Origin: a virus
Direction: 5' to 3' (one strand)
Virus record (IMG/VR): IMGVR_UViG_3300034025_000120
Span: 1 to 64,000 of that record
Length of the DNA stretch: 64,000 bases
Under the pieces are notes generated by a model. It worked only from the letters and a program-made list of their open reading frames with translations. It was not told where the DNA came from and did not search any database. The translations under genes were made by a program, and so were the position numbers. Below are positions 44,790 through 54,787 of the stretch, one piece after another. Position 1 is the first letter of the stretch; every line of letters begins with the position of its first letter.

Positions 44790-46271
44790 CTACGTCCGTT
44801 GACCCATTTGTTGCACCTTCTGGCGGAGAAGGATAAAAAAAGTTGACATCACATCCAGGACGAGGTAGTTCGGGAACTTCTTCATCTTGGTCGATTCTTC
44901 ATCGTAGTCACCACGGGTGACGGCCACGACCGAGATGGTCGAGTCTTCGATGTAGGCTTGCACATCGTCGAAGAACTTCTCGCTGTATTCGTCGGCACCA
45001 CTGTACACGTTCAGGCTGTTGTCGATGTCTTCGCGCTTGTCGATGACGTCTTCGCCGATGGTGATCGAAGTGATCCAGTGTCCGTACTGGCGCACGTTAC
45101 TGGCCTTACCGAGCTTTTCGATATAGTCGACCCGCTTGCGTTCATCTGCATTCAGGCCGAGTGCTTTGTCGACGATGGCCGTAATCGTGTCGACCCACTT
45201 GGCGCCGCTTTCCAGATATTCGGCAATCGTTGGCACCGCCATTTCGAACGAAACGACGTCGTTGACCTTGACCTGGCGCTTTTGACCACGCAGGAATTGT
45301 TCTTGGTACAGACGCACGGTTTCGAGGTTCACCTTCTGGCCGCGTTGCTTGGCCATGTGCGAACGTTGGCGCTCGGTGAGCGACAGGTTGTCAGTGATAA
45401 AGCAGCCGCCGAGTTTCAGGACCGCTTCTTCCGTCACATACGTACCGTCGGCCGGATTGAGCTTGACGCGGCTGTATTGGAAACCCTGCGGCCAAACAGT
45501 GTACGCCAAACAACCGATCAGGATCGGCAGGTCGAGACACTTGATGACTTCGTGGTAGCTACGCTCAGCTTCGATCAGGTTGCTGTCGTAAATATGGTCG
45601 ATTGCGAAGTCGGCCAGGATGCCGGCGAAGATGGCCGAGTTGTTACCGAACACCATGCCGTGGGTTTGGCGGCCGAGGTTGGCCTTCTCTTCCATCAGGC
45701 GCCGTTCGAGTTCGATCAGTTCTTCATCGCTTGGTGCCTTGACCGTGACCCAGATACCGGTATGGTACAGTGGAACGGTAAAGGTGGTGCCTTGCCCCAG
45801 CGCTTGGCGCATGCGCATGATGGCCGCTTCACCGGTCAGCAGTTTGCCATCGCCTGATTTGAAGCGCTGCACGCTCGGTGCCAGCAGTCCCGATTCGCTC
45901 GGGATTTCTTGCACCCAGTAACTACCTGGTCGGGTGGTAGTGCCTGCGTACCAGCTGTCGTAGGGAATCGAGAACAGCGAATTACTGAAGCTTTGCAGGA
46001 ACGAGCGACCCGATTCGGACTTGGCATAGTCCGTGTTCGGCATGCCGTTCAGCTTGTCGATCGTTTCGTTGTAGGTCTCGTTGGCCAGCGAGATCGGACC
46101 CGCTTTCGGTTTCTTGTTGGCCGGCAGGTCGACGAAGATATCGCGCGTCTGTTCACCGAATGCCACTGGTTCAGTCGGCGGTACTGCTGCAACAGGGACT
46201 GCTGCGCTTTCAGGCACCTCATTCGGAAGGCTTTCGCCTCCCGTGGTGTTTTGGTTTTCTTGTTCGGACAC
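44790..46271 (-). CDS. hypothetical 493-aa protein
   Basis: Long GC3-rich ORF that casts plus-strand shadow ORFs. Confidence 0.7.
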   Translation of the reverse strand: MSEQENQNTTGGESLPNEVPESAAVPVAAVPPTEPVAFGEQTRDIFVDLPANKKPKAGPISLANETYNETIDKLNGMPNTDYAKSESGRSFLQSFSNSLFSIPYDSWYAGTTTRPGSYWVQEIPSESGLLAPSVQRFKSGDGKLLTGEAAIMRMRQALGQGTTFTVPLYHTGIWVTVKAPSDEELIELERRLMEEKANLGRQTHGMVFGNNSAIFAGILADFAIDHIYDSNLIEAERSYHEVIKCLDLPILIGCLAYTVWPQGFQYSRVKLNPADGTYVTEEAVLKLGGCFITDNLSLTERQRSHMAKQRGQKVNLETVRLYQEQFLRGQKRQVKVNDVVSFEMAVPTIAEYLESGAKWVDTITAIVDKALGLNADERKRVDYIEKLGKASNVRQYGHWITSITIGEDVIDKREDIDNSLNVYSGADEYSEKFFDDVQAYIEDSTISVVAVTRGDYDEESTKMKKFPNYLVLDVMSTFFILLRQKVQQMGQRT

Positions 46272-46276
46272 GGAAA

Positions 46277-47125
46277 TTACTCCTGGGTACTGGTATCGGC
46301 TTCGACCGGCGCGAAGTTCGGATTATGGACGCTAACGGACTGGTCTTGACCGTCAGCAAAATCCACGGCCATGACTGCACCGATCGGCGCATTGATTGCC
46401 TGCTTGAAATCAGGGTTTTCGATCAGCGTCGAAATGGGAGTCAACTCGTTCTTGATGACACCGAGTTCGTCGATCGGCGTGAAGACCGAAGTTTGACCTC
46501 GTGCGGGGACGACGTCTTTGACTTCGACATCGGTGACGACGTTGACGTCTTGCACCGCAGCCGCTTCTGCTTCCTGGGTCAGCTTGATGCGGCGCGCTTC
46601 GTCGAACATCGCCGTCAGTTCCATCATCGTCTTGTCGAGGATGGTCGACGCTTTGGCTTGCCATGCACTGTAGTGCTCGGAAATTTCCATGGCCGCCAAG
46701 GTTTCGCGGTTGCCGGTGTTGTCGTTGGCGCGGTGGGCGTGCAGCGCATGGATGGCGTTCAGTTCGGCTTCGAAGCGCTTGACGTCGGCCTTGAAGATGG
46801 TGACGCGGTCGATGAACTGCTGCGGTGCGCGCATGTGGACGAGGACGCTGCGGTCGTTCATGTCGGCGATGCTGCGTAGGAACTGGACCAGGCCCATGGC
46901 GCACTGGCGGAAGATGTTTTCGATATCGTTCCACAGGTCTTTGCCGTCACCGGACAGCGCCGCCATTTCTTCTTCTTCGCTGATGCGGGCCAGTTCTTGA
47001 CGGGCCATGTCGCCCAGTGGGTCGATGTGCGGCACGGTGCGTTCGGTGGTGGCTTGCTGTGGATTGCGTGCTGCGACACGTGCTGCTTTGCGGCGGGCTT
47101 TACGGGCATCGCTCGTATTGGACAT
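46277..47125 (-). CDS. hypothetical 282-aa protein
   Basis: GC3-rich ORF. Its stop lies 5 nt upstream of the next gene start. GGAG-like RBS. Confidence 0.7.
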   Translation of the reverse strand: MSNTSDARKARRKAARVAARNPQQATTERTVPHIDPLGDMARQELARISEEEEMAALSGDGKDLWNDIENIFRQCAMGLVQFLRSIADMNDRSVLVHMRAPQQFIDRVTIFKADVKRFEAELNAIHALHAHRANDNTGNRETLAAMEISEHYSAWQAKASTILDKTMMELTAMFDEARRIKLTQEAEAAAVQDVNVVTDVEVKDVVPARGQTSVFTPIDELGVIKNELTPISTLIENPDFKQAINAPIGAVMAVDFADGQDQSVSVHNPNFAPVEADTSTQE

Positions 47126-47302
47126 GATGGCTCCAGTTATCTCAGTTTTCTTTAGGATGAACGCAAATCATCTGAATCCACTCAGTGTGAATCAGCAATT
47201 TCATTGCGGGGTTTGGGTAATGCGATCATTAAATTTCCGCACTCTCCGCTACTTTATTTACATAAACAATATTTTTCAACATATTTCCGGGAGCAACATT
47301 AC

Positions 47303-48136
47303 ATGCTCGAACTTCATCACCAGTTCATTGTGGAAAATACCACACCTGAACTCCAGGTAGCGATTACGAACGCCTACGCTATTTTAGTTACCATGGGTGC
47401 TCCTACCTTGGATGACAGCGTAGAAGAACTTATCATGCTCGATTCCACCGTGGAAACGGGCGTGACGGTTACTCGCATTGTGGAACTCATGCAGGACTTA
47501 CAACACGATATGCTGCGCCAGCATGAAGTTCGGTTGGTCGAGGGTGTGTCCTTGGCGGTGACCACCAACCTTTTGCAAGGGATTCTTTCTTTGCAGGAAT
47601 ATGAAGACATGGGCCGTCTCTACCAAATTACCACGGCTGACCAAGATGCGACCGAGACCTTTGCCCAAGCCATGGAACTCGTAACGCCTTACAATGCCGA
47701 TAACCTGTCCATTAGTTTGGAAAGCGTCGGCGGTAGCCTTATCCGCCGCATGCGTGAAATGGCTGGTACCCGCGAAGAAGAATTGGTCACCGACGAAGAA
47801 CGCATCGAGCGTGCCGGTTATGTCAGCAAGATCAACCAGTTCTGTCATTACACGCGTAGCCGCCATTACCGCATGGTTACGCTCTTGCAGTCGGGTTGGA
47901 GTGTAGGTTACCCCTATACCACCTATGCTGACAATGTTGGGCGTGAATTTGAAGGCATCTTGCCTGAACAAATTGCCAAAGAAATGATTCTGATGGCACT
48001 CGCCTCCAACGATGGTACCAAGAACCCACGGGCCGTGATCAAACCGAATTTGGAACGTTACATTGCCAGCATGAATGTGATCACCAAGGTCGATATCGAG
48101 GTGACGCGCCTGTTACAAGGATTTGAACATGGATAA
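47303..48136 (+). CDS. hypothetical protein
   Basis: ORF 47204-48136. The ATG at 47303 follows GGGAG. Confidence 0.55.
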   Translation: MLELHHQFIVENTTPELQVAITNAYAILVTMGAPTLDDSVEELIMLDSTVETGVTVTRIVELMQDLQHDMLRQHEVRLVEGVSLAVTTNLLQGILSLQEYEDMGRLYQITTADQDATETFAQAMELVTPYNADNLSISLESVGGSLIRRMREMAGTREEELVTDEERIERAGYVSKINQFCHYTRSRHYRMVTLLQSGWSVGYPYTTYADNVGREFEGILPEQIAKEMILMALASNDGTKNPRAVIKPNLERYIASMNVITKVDIEVTRLLQGFEHG

Positions 48137-49436
48137 GCGTACTTTTTTCTTGAAGGCCATGGCGGCCCAGGAATACCGCCGCCGGGCATGGGTGATTAGC
48201 GCCTTTAGCTTGATCAACGAAGGTGGTGATGCATGGAAGAAAGAACCCTATGCTTACCGCCTCGTCCAAATGCCGACTGGACATTTCTTTGTTGACCCAG
48301 ACAAGAATGGCGAATTGACCAAGATCGACGATACCAAAGCTGGTAGTGCACCTTTCTCGTTCAAGGACCGTATCCTCTTGAAGAAAGGCGACATGCCGAA
48401 TGTCTTCCAAGAGGTGGACACAAACTACGGCAATGTGTTATTGAACTACACGGTACTGGTCTATCCGTTTGGCCACAAAGTACCATTCGTGACAGGGCGC
48501 ATCAAGCCACGCCAATTGGAAAACATCGTCTTGGCACGCTTGGAAGATACACCGAAAGCTGGTGAAACACGGGACGACAAATACCTCTACGTCGATGAGT
48601 ACATCAACTTCGTCGATGCTGCCTTTGCAATGGTGGCGTACACCCAGTTATGCGTGCCAGCGGCCACCGAGAAAACCATGCAGCCTGCTGATGGTATTCA
48701 CGAATACCGCGACAAGCTCTTGGCTGAAAACAAAGACCGCCTGCATGACCCAGCGGTGATCGCCAAAATTGACGCAGCCCTCGTTCAGTATGACCGCGAA
48801 TGGCTCAAAGGTGATCCGGGTGAAAACTTCATGATTACCGATAAGTCGATGGCGATTGTGCGCAAACGCCAACACGGTATGTGGGGTGCGGAAGCGGGCC
48901 TATCAGAAAACATCAATGTGGATTTGATTCCCACATCACTAGGTGAAGGGTGGGACATCGATAAGTTCCCCCAGATGAACAATAGCCACCGCGCTGGTTC
49001 ATACAACCGGGGCGCCCAAACCATGCTCGGCGGGGAATCGGTCAAGTGGTTACTCCGTGCATCGTCGAACATCAACATCACAGTTGATGATTGCGGTACC
49101 AAGATGGGCTTGCCACTCCAAGTGGACAACGACAACATCGAGATGCTAGTGGGTTTCAGCATTGTCAGTAAACAAGGTCGAATCCGTATCCCCGATATGG
49201 ACACCGCCCGCCAATACTTGGGCAAGCGCGTCATCGTGCGTAGCCCGATGTATTGCAAGCTGACCTTGACTGACTACTGCAAATGCTGTGTGGGTGACCG
49301 CTTGGCAGCGAACCCAACCTCGGCGTCGACAGCAGTGGCCGGCTACGGAAGTGCCTTCTTGAACATTTACATGCAAGCTGGGCACGGAAAGAAGCTATCA
49401 TTGGCTAAATTCGATTGGAAGAAGGACATTTTCTGA
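48123..49436 (+). CDS. RNAP beta-prime-like fragment (second RNAP set), ending inside the trigger-loop-like motif
   Basis: DDCGT. VIVRSPMYCKLTLTDYCKCCVGDRLA. YMQAGHGKKLSLAKFD is paralogous to HMTQKSSQSVLSLKHLD of 36378-38489. The ORF stops 8 codons later. Confidence 0.65.
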   Translation: MNMDKRTFFLKAMAAQEYRRRAWVISAFSLINEGGDAWKKEPYAYRLVQMPTGHFFVDPDKNGELTKIDDTKAGSAPFSFKDRILLKKGDMPNVFQEVDTNYGNVLLNYTVLVYPFGHKVPFVTGRIKPRQLENIVLARLEDTPKAGETRDDKYLYVDEYINFVDAAFAMVAYTQLCVPAATEKTMQPADGIHEYRDKLLAENKDRLHDPAVIAKIDAALVQYDREWLKGDPGENFMITDKSMAIVRKRQHGMWGAEAGLSENINVDLIPTSLGEGWDIDKFPQMNNSHRAGSYNRGAQTMLGGESVKWLLRASSNINITVDDCGTKMGLPLQVDNDNIEMLVGFSIVSKQGRIRIPDMDTARQYLGKRVIVRSPMYCKLTLTDYCKCCVGDRLAANPTSASTAVAGYGSAFLNIYMQAGHGKKLSLAKFDWKKDIF

Positions 49437-49508
49437 TTAGTTTAGTGTAATTATTCACTTTAACCTCCCTATCTATATGTGTTAAACATTAAAATAGGGA
49501 GTTTTAAC

Positions 49509-50504
49509 GTGTCCGAAAAAATTGTCATTACTAAGCCAAAAGATTTCTACGACATTCCAGGCAATGACTTGGTGTGGATTGCTCGCGACGGTCGGTGCAT
49601 CAGAAAAGATAATGGAAAGAAAATCAAGATAACTCCGACAGGCGCGGGATATAGTGTTCTTTCTATTTATAGAAGGAATAGAAATGCTGCTAACTTTTAC
49701 CATCATCGACTGTTAGCGTTGGCCTTTCTAGAACGGCCACCACGCCACGCGGATAAGCCGTTTGAAGAATTAGAAGTCAACCACAAGGACGGTGACAAAG
49801 CCAATAATCGGTTGACGAATCTTGAATGGTGTACTCCAGAAGAAAATGTCGAACACGCCATCGCGCTCGGTTTGTACAAGCATGAATTTGTTTTGGCACG
49901 GGATATTCGAAGTAATTCCATTCGCCGCTTCATGGGGGCGCAGGGGTGCTCGGAAGCTTTTAGTACATGTCACAAGCGTATGCGCCGCCACCTGCGGTCA
50001 AAGCAGGCTGGTTACATTACGAAAGACTGGCACGTGTTTAAACTCGACGATGGATCGCCGTGGCCAGAATTGCGTGACGAGCATTATATCGAAAATGGTT
50101 GGACATACAAATTCGGTATTTGGGTAGCCACCAGTGTCGAAGTCTCGGGTAAGACCGTCATCGCATCGACCTTCCCACGACTCTGTGAAATTTTAGGCAT
50201 CTCCGCTACGGTAGCGCAGGTTACCATGCGAAATCGACCGAAGGGTACGCCATACATGAACTGGGTAATTGTGTATGATGAACTTGGTTTGGCGAATGCC
50301 GTACAGGAAGCACGTACCCATGCTGATCGTGTAATCTTTCCTCCGAAGGATGTCACTGTCAAGAATATCAATACTGGCGAGGTGCAGACTTTTGCCAGCC
50401 GTAACATCGCTGCCAGTTCTCTTGGACTTCACGCAGACAAGATTCGTTACGCCATGAAAGCCAAAGGCGGACGTATTGGCGACCTTCAGTTCACTGAAGC
50501 ATAA
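49509..50504 (+). CDS. free-standing HNH homing endonuclease
   Basis: GTG start after GGGAG. Motifs are [19 protein letters not shown] and HHRLLALAF...[28 protein letters not shown]. It is AT-rich, and no intron core motifs flank it. Confidence 0.8.
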   Translation: MSEKIVITKPKDFYDIPGNDLVWIARDGRCIRKDNGKKIKITPTGAGYSVLSIYRRNRNAANFYHHRLLALAFLERPPRHADKPFEELEVNHKDGDKANNRLTNLEWCTPEENVEHAIALGLYKHEFVLARDIRSNSIRRFMGAQGCSEAFSTCHKRMRRHLRSKQAGYITKDWHVFKLDDGSPWPELRDEHYIENGWTYKFGIWVATSVEVSGKTVIASTFPRLCEILGISATVAQVTMRNRPKGTPYMNWVIVYDELGLANAVQEARTHADRVIFPPKDVTVKNINTGEVQTFASRNIAASSLGLHADKIRYAMKAKGGRIGDLQFTEA

Positions 50505-50559
50505 GACGCTAATCTTGTGAAGCTTCCTCATTTTAACAACACGTATTAAGGACACCATC

Positions 50560-51333
50560 ATGGGTAAAGGTAATAACAACCAGCAGCGTTTCCAAGGTGC
50601 TGCGCAACCACCACAAGGACAACAAGATGAACAGCCAAAAACTTCCGGCGCGCCTATCGGTGACCACACTGCTGCTGGCGACGCTGCATCGCAATCCGAC
50701 ACCGATGTCGTTCAGTCCAGCACGGGTGATGCAGGAACTTCGCCAGCCACTGGTGTTTCCGAAGTCGGTGATCAGGCCGGCGGAAGTGACAGCGGCGCTA
50801 CGACCGAAGTGGTTGGCGCGGCGTCGCTCGTCCCAGAACACCTGACGGCGATCCACGAAGAACTGGTGGAAATCGAAACGATCGCTGCGGCTGAAATCAG
50901 CCCGTTCGCTGGCGGCCTGCTGCACAGTCTCGAAGAATATGCTGAGCTGATGAACCCACGCCGCCCAACGTCGGCGGCTGAAGGTGTCTCTTGCCAGCGC
51001 CGCCTGTTCCGTGCCCTGAAATCGATCATCAACGATCTGGATGGCAATGACTTCGATACCGTCTTCGGTAACCTCCTGGCCATGATCGAGAAGAACACCA
51101 CCGGCGCTTTCGCTGACCTGGCGATGTTCCGTCACCTCGAAGCCAAGGAACTGAACCTGGTGCCAGCCGACCGTCGCTCGTTCCGTGACATGGTGAACTT
51201 CCTCCTGAAGATCGCTCCCCTGCAATCGCGTACCACCGTGGCCCGCCAGGTCAACCTGAACGCCACCTTCGCTGGCGCTGCCTTCAGCGAAGAAGGTCGT
51301 CAACGCGTGCAGAACTATTGCCACATCGGCTAA
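50560..51333 (+). CDS. hypothetical protein with disordered acidic/Gly-rich N-terminus
   Basis: 257-aa ORF with strong GC3 bias. Confidence 0.7.
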   Translation: MGKGNNNQQRFQGAAQPPQGQQDEQPKTSGAPIGDHTAAGDAASQSDTDVVQSSTGDAGTSPATGVSEVGDQAGGSDSGATTEVVGAASLVPEHLTAIHEELVEIETIAAAEISPFAGGLLHSLEEYAELMNPRRPTSAAEGVSCQRRLFRALKSIINDLDGNDFDTVFGNLLAMIEKNTTGAFADLAMFRHLEAKELNLVPADRRSFRDMVNFLLKIAPLQSRTTVARQVNLNATFAGAAFSEEGRQRVQNYCHIG

Positions 51334-51397
51334 CTTCGAAACCCACCAGAGCCGCCTTCACCGGGCGGCTCTGTATTACGAATAGTGGAGAAAAAAC

Positions 51398-52219
51398 ATG
51401 AATGAGGCAATGCCGGCGTACTACACACGCGAATATATCCGCCAGGTGCAGATGGCGCTCAATGAAAAGCAAAAAGCAAACCTACCCTTGACCGGTGTCT
51501 TCGGTAAGGGTTGGTCGGAGTTACTGAAGGGTTTTCAAATTAATCACGGCCTGGTGCCGAGCGGTCGCTACGACGACGCTACCCGCGATGAGATAGAACC
51601 ACTCATCCACAAGAAGTATTTGCAACAACACGATTACGAAGACGCTGCACTAGTCATTGGGTGCACTCCAGAAGCCCTCCAGGCGATTTGTTTGACCTTC
51701 GCAGTAGGTACGGGCTTCATTAGCAATGGCCGCGCTCGTATCGTGTTTAACCGCGAGAAGTTTTACAAAGAACTAGGCAAGCAGCGTAGCGAAGAACAAA
51801 TCACAGAACTGGTTCGCAAACACCCGACCATCGTCTCAGCCTCTGGCGGCGGTTACCTGAGCGACGACTACGAGTACGTGCGCTTCGCTGCGGCTATCTC
51901 GGTCGATTCCTATGCTGCCATGATGGCGACGAACTGGGGTATGTTCCAATTGCCAGGTCTGAATTACCGCTTCTGTGGGTATTCAAAGATCACCGAGTTC
52001 ACGCTCGACATGCAACACTCCGAGCGGCGCCAGTTGCGTATCTTCGCTGACTTCATCAAGAATACCCCGCACCTGCTGACAGCGATCAAGGCCACTAACT
52101 GGGAACACTTCTGCCAAGCCTACTGTGGCCCTGCCTTCCAGCAATACGATTACCATACGCGCATTGCACGCCACTACCGGGAGCTGACGCGCAAGAAGCG
52201 TAGCACGATTCCCGCCTAG
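51398..52219 (+). CDS. endolysin: peptidoglycan-binding domain plus N-acetylmuramidase (DUF3380-type) domain
   Basis: LTGVFGKGWSELLKGFQINHGLVPSGRYDDATRDEI is PG_binding_1-like. ATNWGMFQLPGLNYRFCGY...SERRQLRIFADFIK...NWEHFCQAYCGPAFQQYDYHTRIARHY fits the muramidase family pattern. Confidence 0.75.
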   Translation: MNEAMPAYYTREYIRQVQMALNEKQKANLPLTGVFGKGWSELLKGFQINHGLVPSGRYDDATRDEIEPLIHKKYLQQHDYEDAALVIGCTPEALQAICLTFAVGTGFISNGRARIVFNREKFYKELGKQRSEEQITELVRKHPTIVSASGGGYLSDDYEYVRFAAAISVDSYAAMMATNWGMFQLPGLNYRFCGYSKITEFTLDMQHSERRQLRIFADFIKNTPHLLTAIKATNWEHFCQAYCGPAFQQYDYHTRIARHYRELTRKKRSTIPA

Positions 52220-52220
52220 G

Positions 52221-52269
52221 CGGCATAAAGAGAGGAGCCAAGCGCCCCTCTCTTTTTTCTTTTATGCCG
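52221..52269. terminator. bidirectional terminator, full CGGCATAAA...TTTATGCCG palindrome
   Basis: CGGCATAAAG, then AGAGAGG/CCTCTCT stem, then TTTTTTCTTTTATGCCG. It lies between convergent genes. Confidence 0.7.
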
Positions 52270-52570
52270 CAATTTCAGGTGCGCTTTCTTTGCTAAAGAC
52301 AAAATAGAAATACCACGGATTGACTTTGCATTCTTCCACCACTTGCAACTTTTGCATGATTGTCAGGTCTGGGGCGTAAGGATCAAGCCCAATCAAGGAT
52401 TTATTGTGGAACACCTCGACCGGGGGTTTCTTGAGAATCACATAGCCTGCGCCCGATAACCGTTCCAGCATCTCTGCTGGCGTAAAGCTTTGTTGGACAT
52501 CCCCGTCAGCTTGGCGTCGGTCGGGTAACACGGCGTCGCTGAACTGTTTTGGACTTAGTGCGTGGTTCAT
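52262..52570 (-). CDS. hypothetical small protein, paralog of 52581-52766
   Basis: The internal ATG of ORF 52262-52705 is used. It shares the block AEMLERLSGAGYVILKKPPV with its neighbour's ETMLDNLKQNGYFIKKPV. Confidence 0.5.
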   Translation of the reverse strand: MNHALSPKQFSDAVLPDRRQADGDVQQSFTPAEMLERLSGAGYVILKKPPVEVFHNKSLIGLDPYAPDLTIMQKLQVVEECKVNPWYFYFVFSKESAPEIAA

Positions 52571-52580
52571 TTCTGTCTTT

Positions 52581-52766
52581 CTACAGAATGTAATCCGGTG
52601 CGGGTGGCAGCTTATCGCTGGTGGGCTGGAGAATAACAGGTTTCTTGATGAAGTATCCGTTTTGCTTGAGATTATCGAGCATGGTCTCAGTCGAAAACGC
52701 GCCATAACAATCGATAGCGGGCGCGATCAGATTAAAGAAAGTTTTTTCATCGATGTCGTGTTCCAT
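52581..52766 (-). CDS. hypothetical small protein, paralog of 52262-52570
   Basis: 61-aa ORF with GAAAAGGAAAAAG upstream on the minus strand. Confidence 0.45.
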   Translation of the reverse strand: MEHDIDEKTFFNLIAPAIDCYGAFSTETMLDNLKQNGYFIKKPVILQPTSDKLPPAPDYIL

Positions 52767-52806
52767 TCTTTTTCCTTTTCATACCAGTCCCCGAAGGGAC
52801 TGGCGT

Positions 52807-54651
52807 TTATGCTGCGATCGCTTCTTCGACTGGGACTACTGACTGAGATGCCAACGTACTTGGGTAATAGAAGTGACCAAGTTGGATGGGTGGCAATCCT
52901 TCGTCTTCCAAGAAGGCATCCAGGAAGGCATCGAGTTCTGGTGCTTTACAGATGACCGTCATGAACTCTACCGCGTTACTGTGCCCGCCCGACAGATTGA
53001 TACCCTGTTCGCGTTGGTCTTCGTATTCCACCCCATCGATCCGGTGCAGTTCCCGTACCGTAGTGTCTTTCGAGACATTGAAGACCGCGCCGCCATTCGG
53101 GTACGAAGCCGCCACGTCCAAGTCCCCTACGTGGATATAGATGTTGGTATGACGGTTCGGCAGTTCTTTAATGATTTTCAGACCGTTCATCGCAATGTTG
53201 GCTGCTGGTAGGGTACAAATCCAGCCATCCAACTTGACACAGTACTCATCGAGTTCATGCTTCATCTCGTCCGAGGTAGTACCCAAGATAAAACCCTTGG
53301 TTTGGACGAAGAAGTGCAGGTTATCCGCCGAACAACGTGGCTGGGAGGAAAAGTCTTGGTAGTCCGATGACCCTGTCATCATCGGCAATGTCAGACGCAT
53401 ATCGTTGGTGGCTTCGTCGAGCAACTCAGGGCCAACACAGTCAAAGTTGTTATAGACGATGTAATGCAGAGGGTGCTTCGTCTGCATGTACTTGTGCCAC
53501 GCCAAGCCACCCAACTTATCGGCTTCAGGAACGGTTTTCAGCTTACCACGCTTGGCCAAGTGCTTCTTCATGATGGCATCCAAGGCGTAGCTTGGTTCAT
53601 CGGATTCAGCCCCCGTCCGAATCTTCTTGTACGCACAAGCTTGGTCAATGAAGGTAAAGCTGGCCGGGCACGCAACTGTGTGCCATTGCTCGACCCACTT
53701 TAAGGGCTTGACTTTCCCGGACGCCGTGATCATCTTGTTCTTACCCTGGATGTACTCAAAGGTGCGGTACTTCTTTGGGATGATCGGATCGCAGAAAATC
53801 TCTTCTGGTTTGACGCCTTTCTTCTGCAATTGCCAAATCACCTTTGGCATATCAAAGTTGATGTTCCAAATACCAATGATGTCGGGCTTCCATTCATGGG
53901 CACGGTGAAAGACATGCTTGATAATCGCCACCGGGTTATCGACCAACACCAATTCCCAGTTGATCTTACGCTTTTCAATGTCGTCGGCCATGTACCGTTT
54001 AAACAGTGCCATGGTGTCGTTGATGACGTCGTGGTAACCCCCCACAAAGTTCTTATCGACGGCGGTGACGATCCGGCTCCCAAATGACAAGGTCGCCATG
54101 GTGATGTCTTCCGAACCATCGAGCACATTGGTTTCCACGTCGAAGATCGCTACCGTCGATGGCGTGGTATCGAACTTGGCAAAGCGCTGTTGATACGTGC
54201 GTTTAATCAAGGTGGTCGATTTGATGTCGGCCCCGTAAATCCACGGGTTACGCATCATCGAACGCACGCCCCGGTCAATAATGCGTGGTGCTTTACTCCA
54301 CTCCTTGAAATGCGGGTTGGGTTGCATGGTCGACAAGACTTGGGCAATGGTACGGCGCATCCGGGATTGGATCGTTACGTAACGCACCAGGTTTTCTTTC
54401 TTTTCCCACTCTTTCTTTTCCAAGTGGTTTTGCTTGCCTTGCTTGGTGACGTAGAAAGCCCGTTCGTAATTCTCAACGATCACGGTGCGTGGTACCACCC
54501 GGCCATCCTTGTAGTGCACCACTTCTTTGACCATGTGGTAATCGTTCTGGGCACCGAATTGGGCATCGCAAAAGAACACATGCCGCGCTTCAATGTGGGA
54601 GATATCCTCAGGGATATTCTTCAAATAGTCGATCAGGTTTTTGATCAGCAT
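52807..54651 (-). CDS. family-B DNA polymerase, exonuclease/N-terminal polypeptide including motif A
   Basis: Exo I VAIFDVETNV. Exo II IWNINFDMPKV. Exo III YIVYNNFDCVGPELLDE. Motif A GDLDVAASYPNG. There is no DTDS motif. Confidence 0.8.
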   Translation of the reverse strand: MLIKNLIDYLKNIPEDISHIEARHVFFCDAQFGAQNDYHMVKEVVHYKDGRVVPRTVIVENYERAFYVTKQGKQNHLEKKEWEKKENLVRYVTIQSRMRRTIAQVLSTMQPNPHFKEWSKAPRIIDRGVRSMMRNPWIYGADIKSTTLIKRTYQQRFAKFDTTPSTVAIFDVETNVLDGSEDITMATLSFGSRIVTAVDKNFVGGYHDVINDTMALFKRYMADDIEKRKINWELVLVDNPVAIIKHVFHRAHEWKPDIIGIWNINFDMPKVIWQLQKKGVKPEEIFCDPIIPKKYRTFEYIQGKNKMITASGKVKPLKWVEQWHTVACPASFTFIDQACAYKKIRTGAESDEPSYALDAIMKKHLAKRGKLKTVPEADKLGGLAWHKYMQTKHPLHYIVYNNFDCVGPELLDEATNDMRLTLPMMTGSSDYQDFSSQPRCSADNLHFFVQTKGFILGTTSDEMKHELDEYCVKLDGWICTLPAANIAMNGLKIIKELPNRHTNIYIHVGDLDVAASYPNGGAVFNVSKDTTVRELHRIDGVEYEDQREQGINLSGGHSNAVEFMTVICKAPELDAFLDAFLEDEGLPPIQLGHFYYPSTLASQSVVPVEEAIAA

Positions 54652-54787
54652 AATGGCCGCTCTCTTCTTCTTCAGTGCGTAATTTGGATAATCTTTATGA
54701 GTTTCAGCTACTTTTTCGGTAACAGTACTCGGTCAGATGATCTACCGAGGTTGTTATATTTGACTTTCATGCCTTATAGCTAGAGGA

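Noticed and set aside
49437-50559. Possible third group I intron around the HNH gene at 49509-50504.
   Set aside because: None of the core blocks shared by the two real introns (CCTGAGAG, GTTCAACGACT, AAGA(T/C)ATAGTC) is present in either flank. The downstream ORF does not continue the beta-prime sequence. It is treated as a free-standing endonuclease gene.
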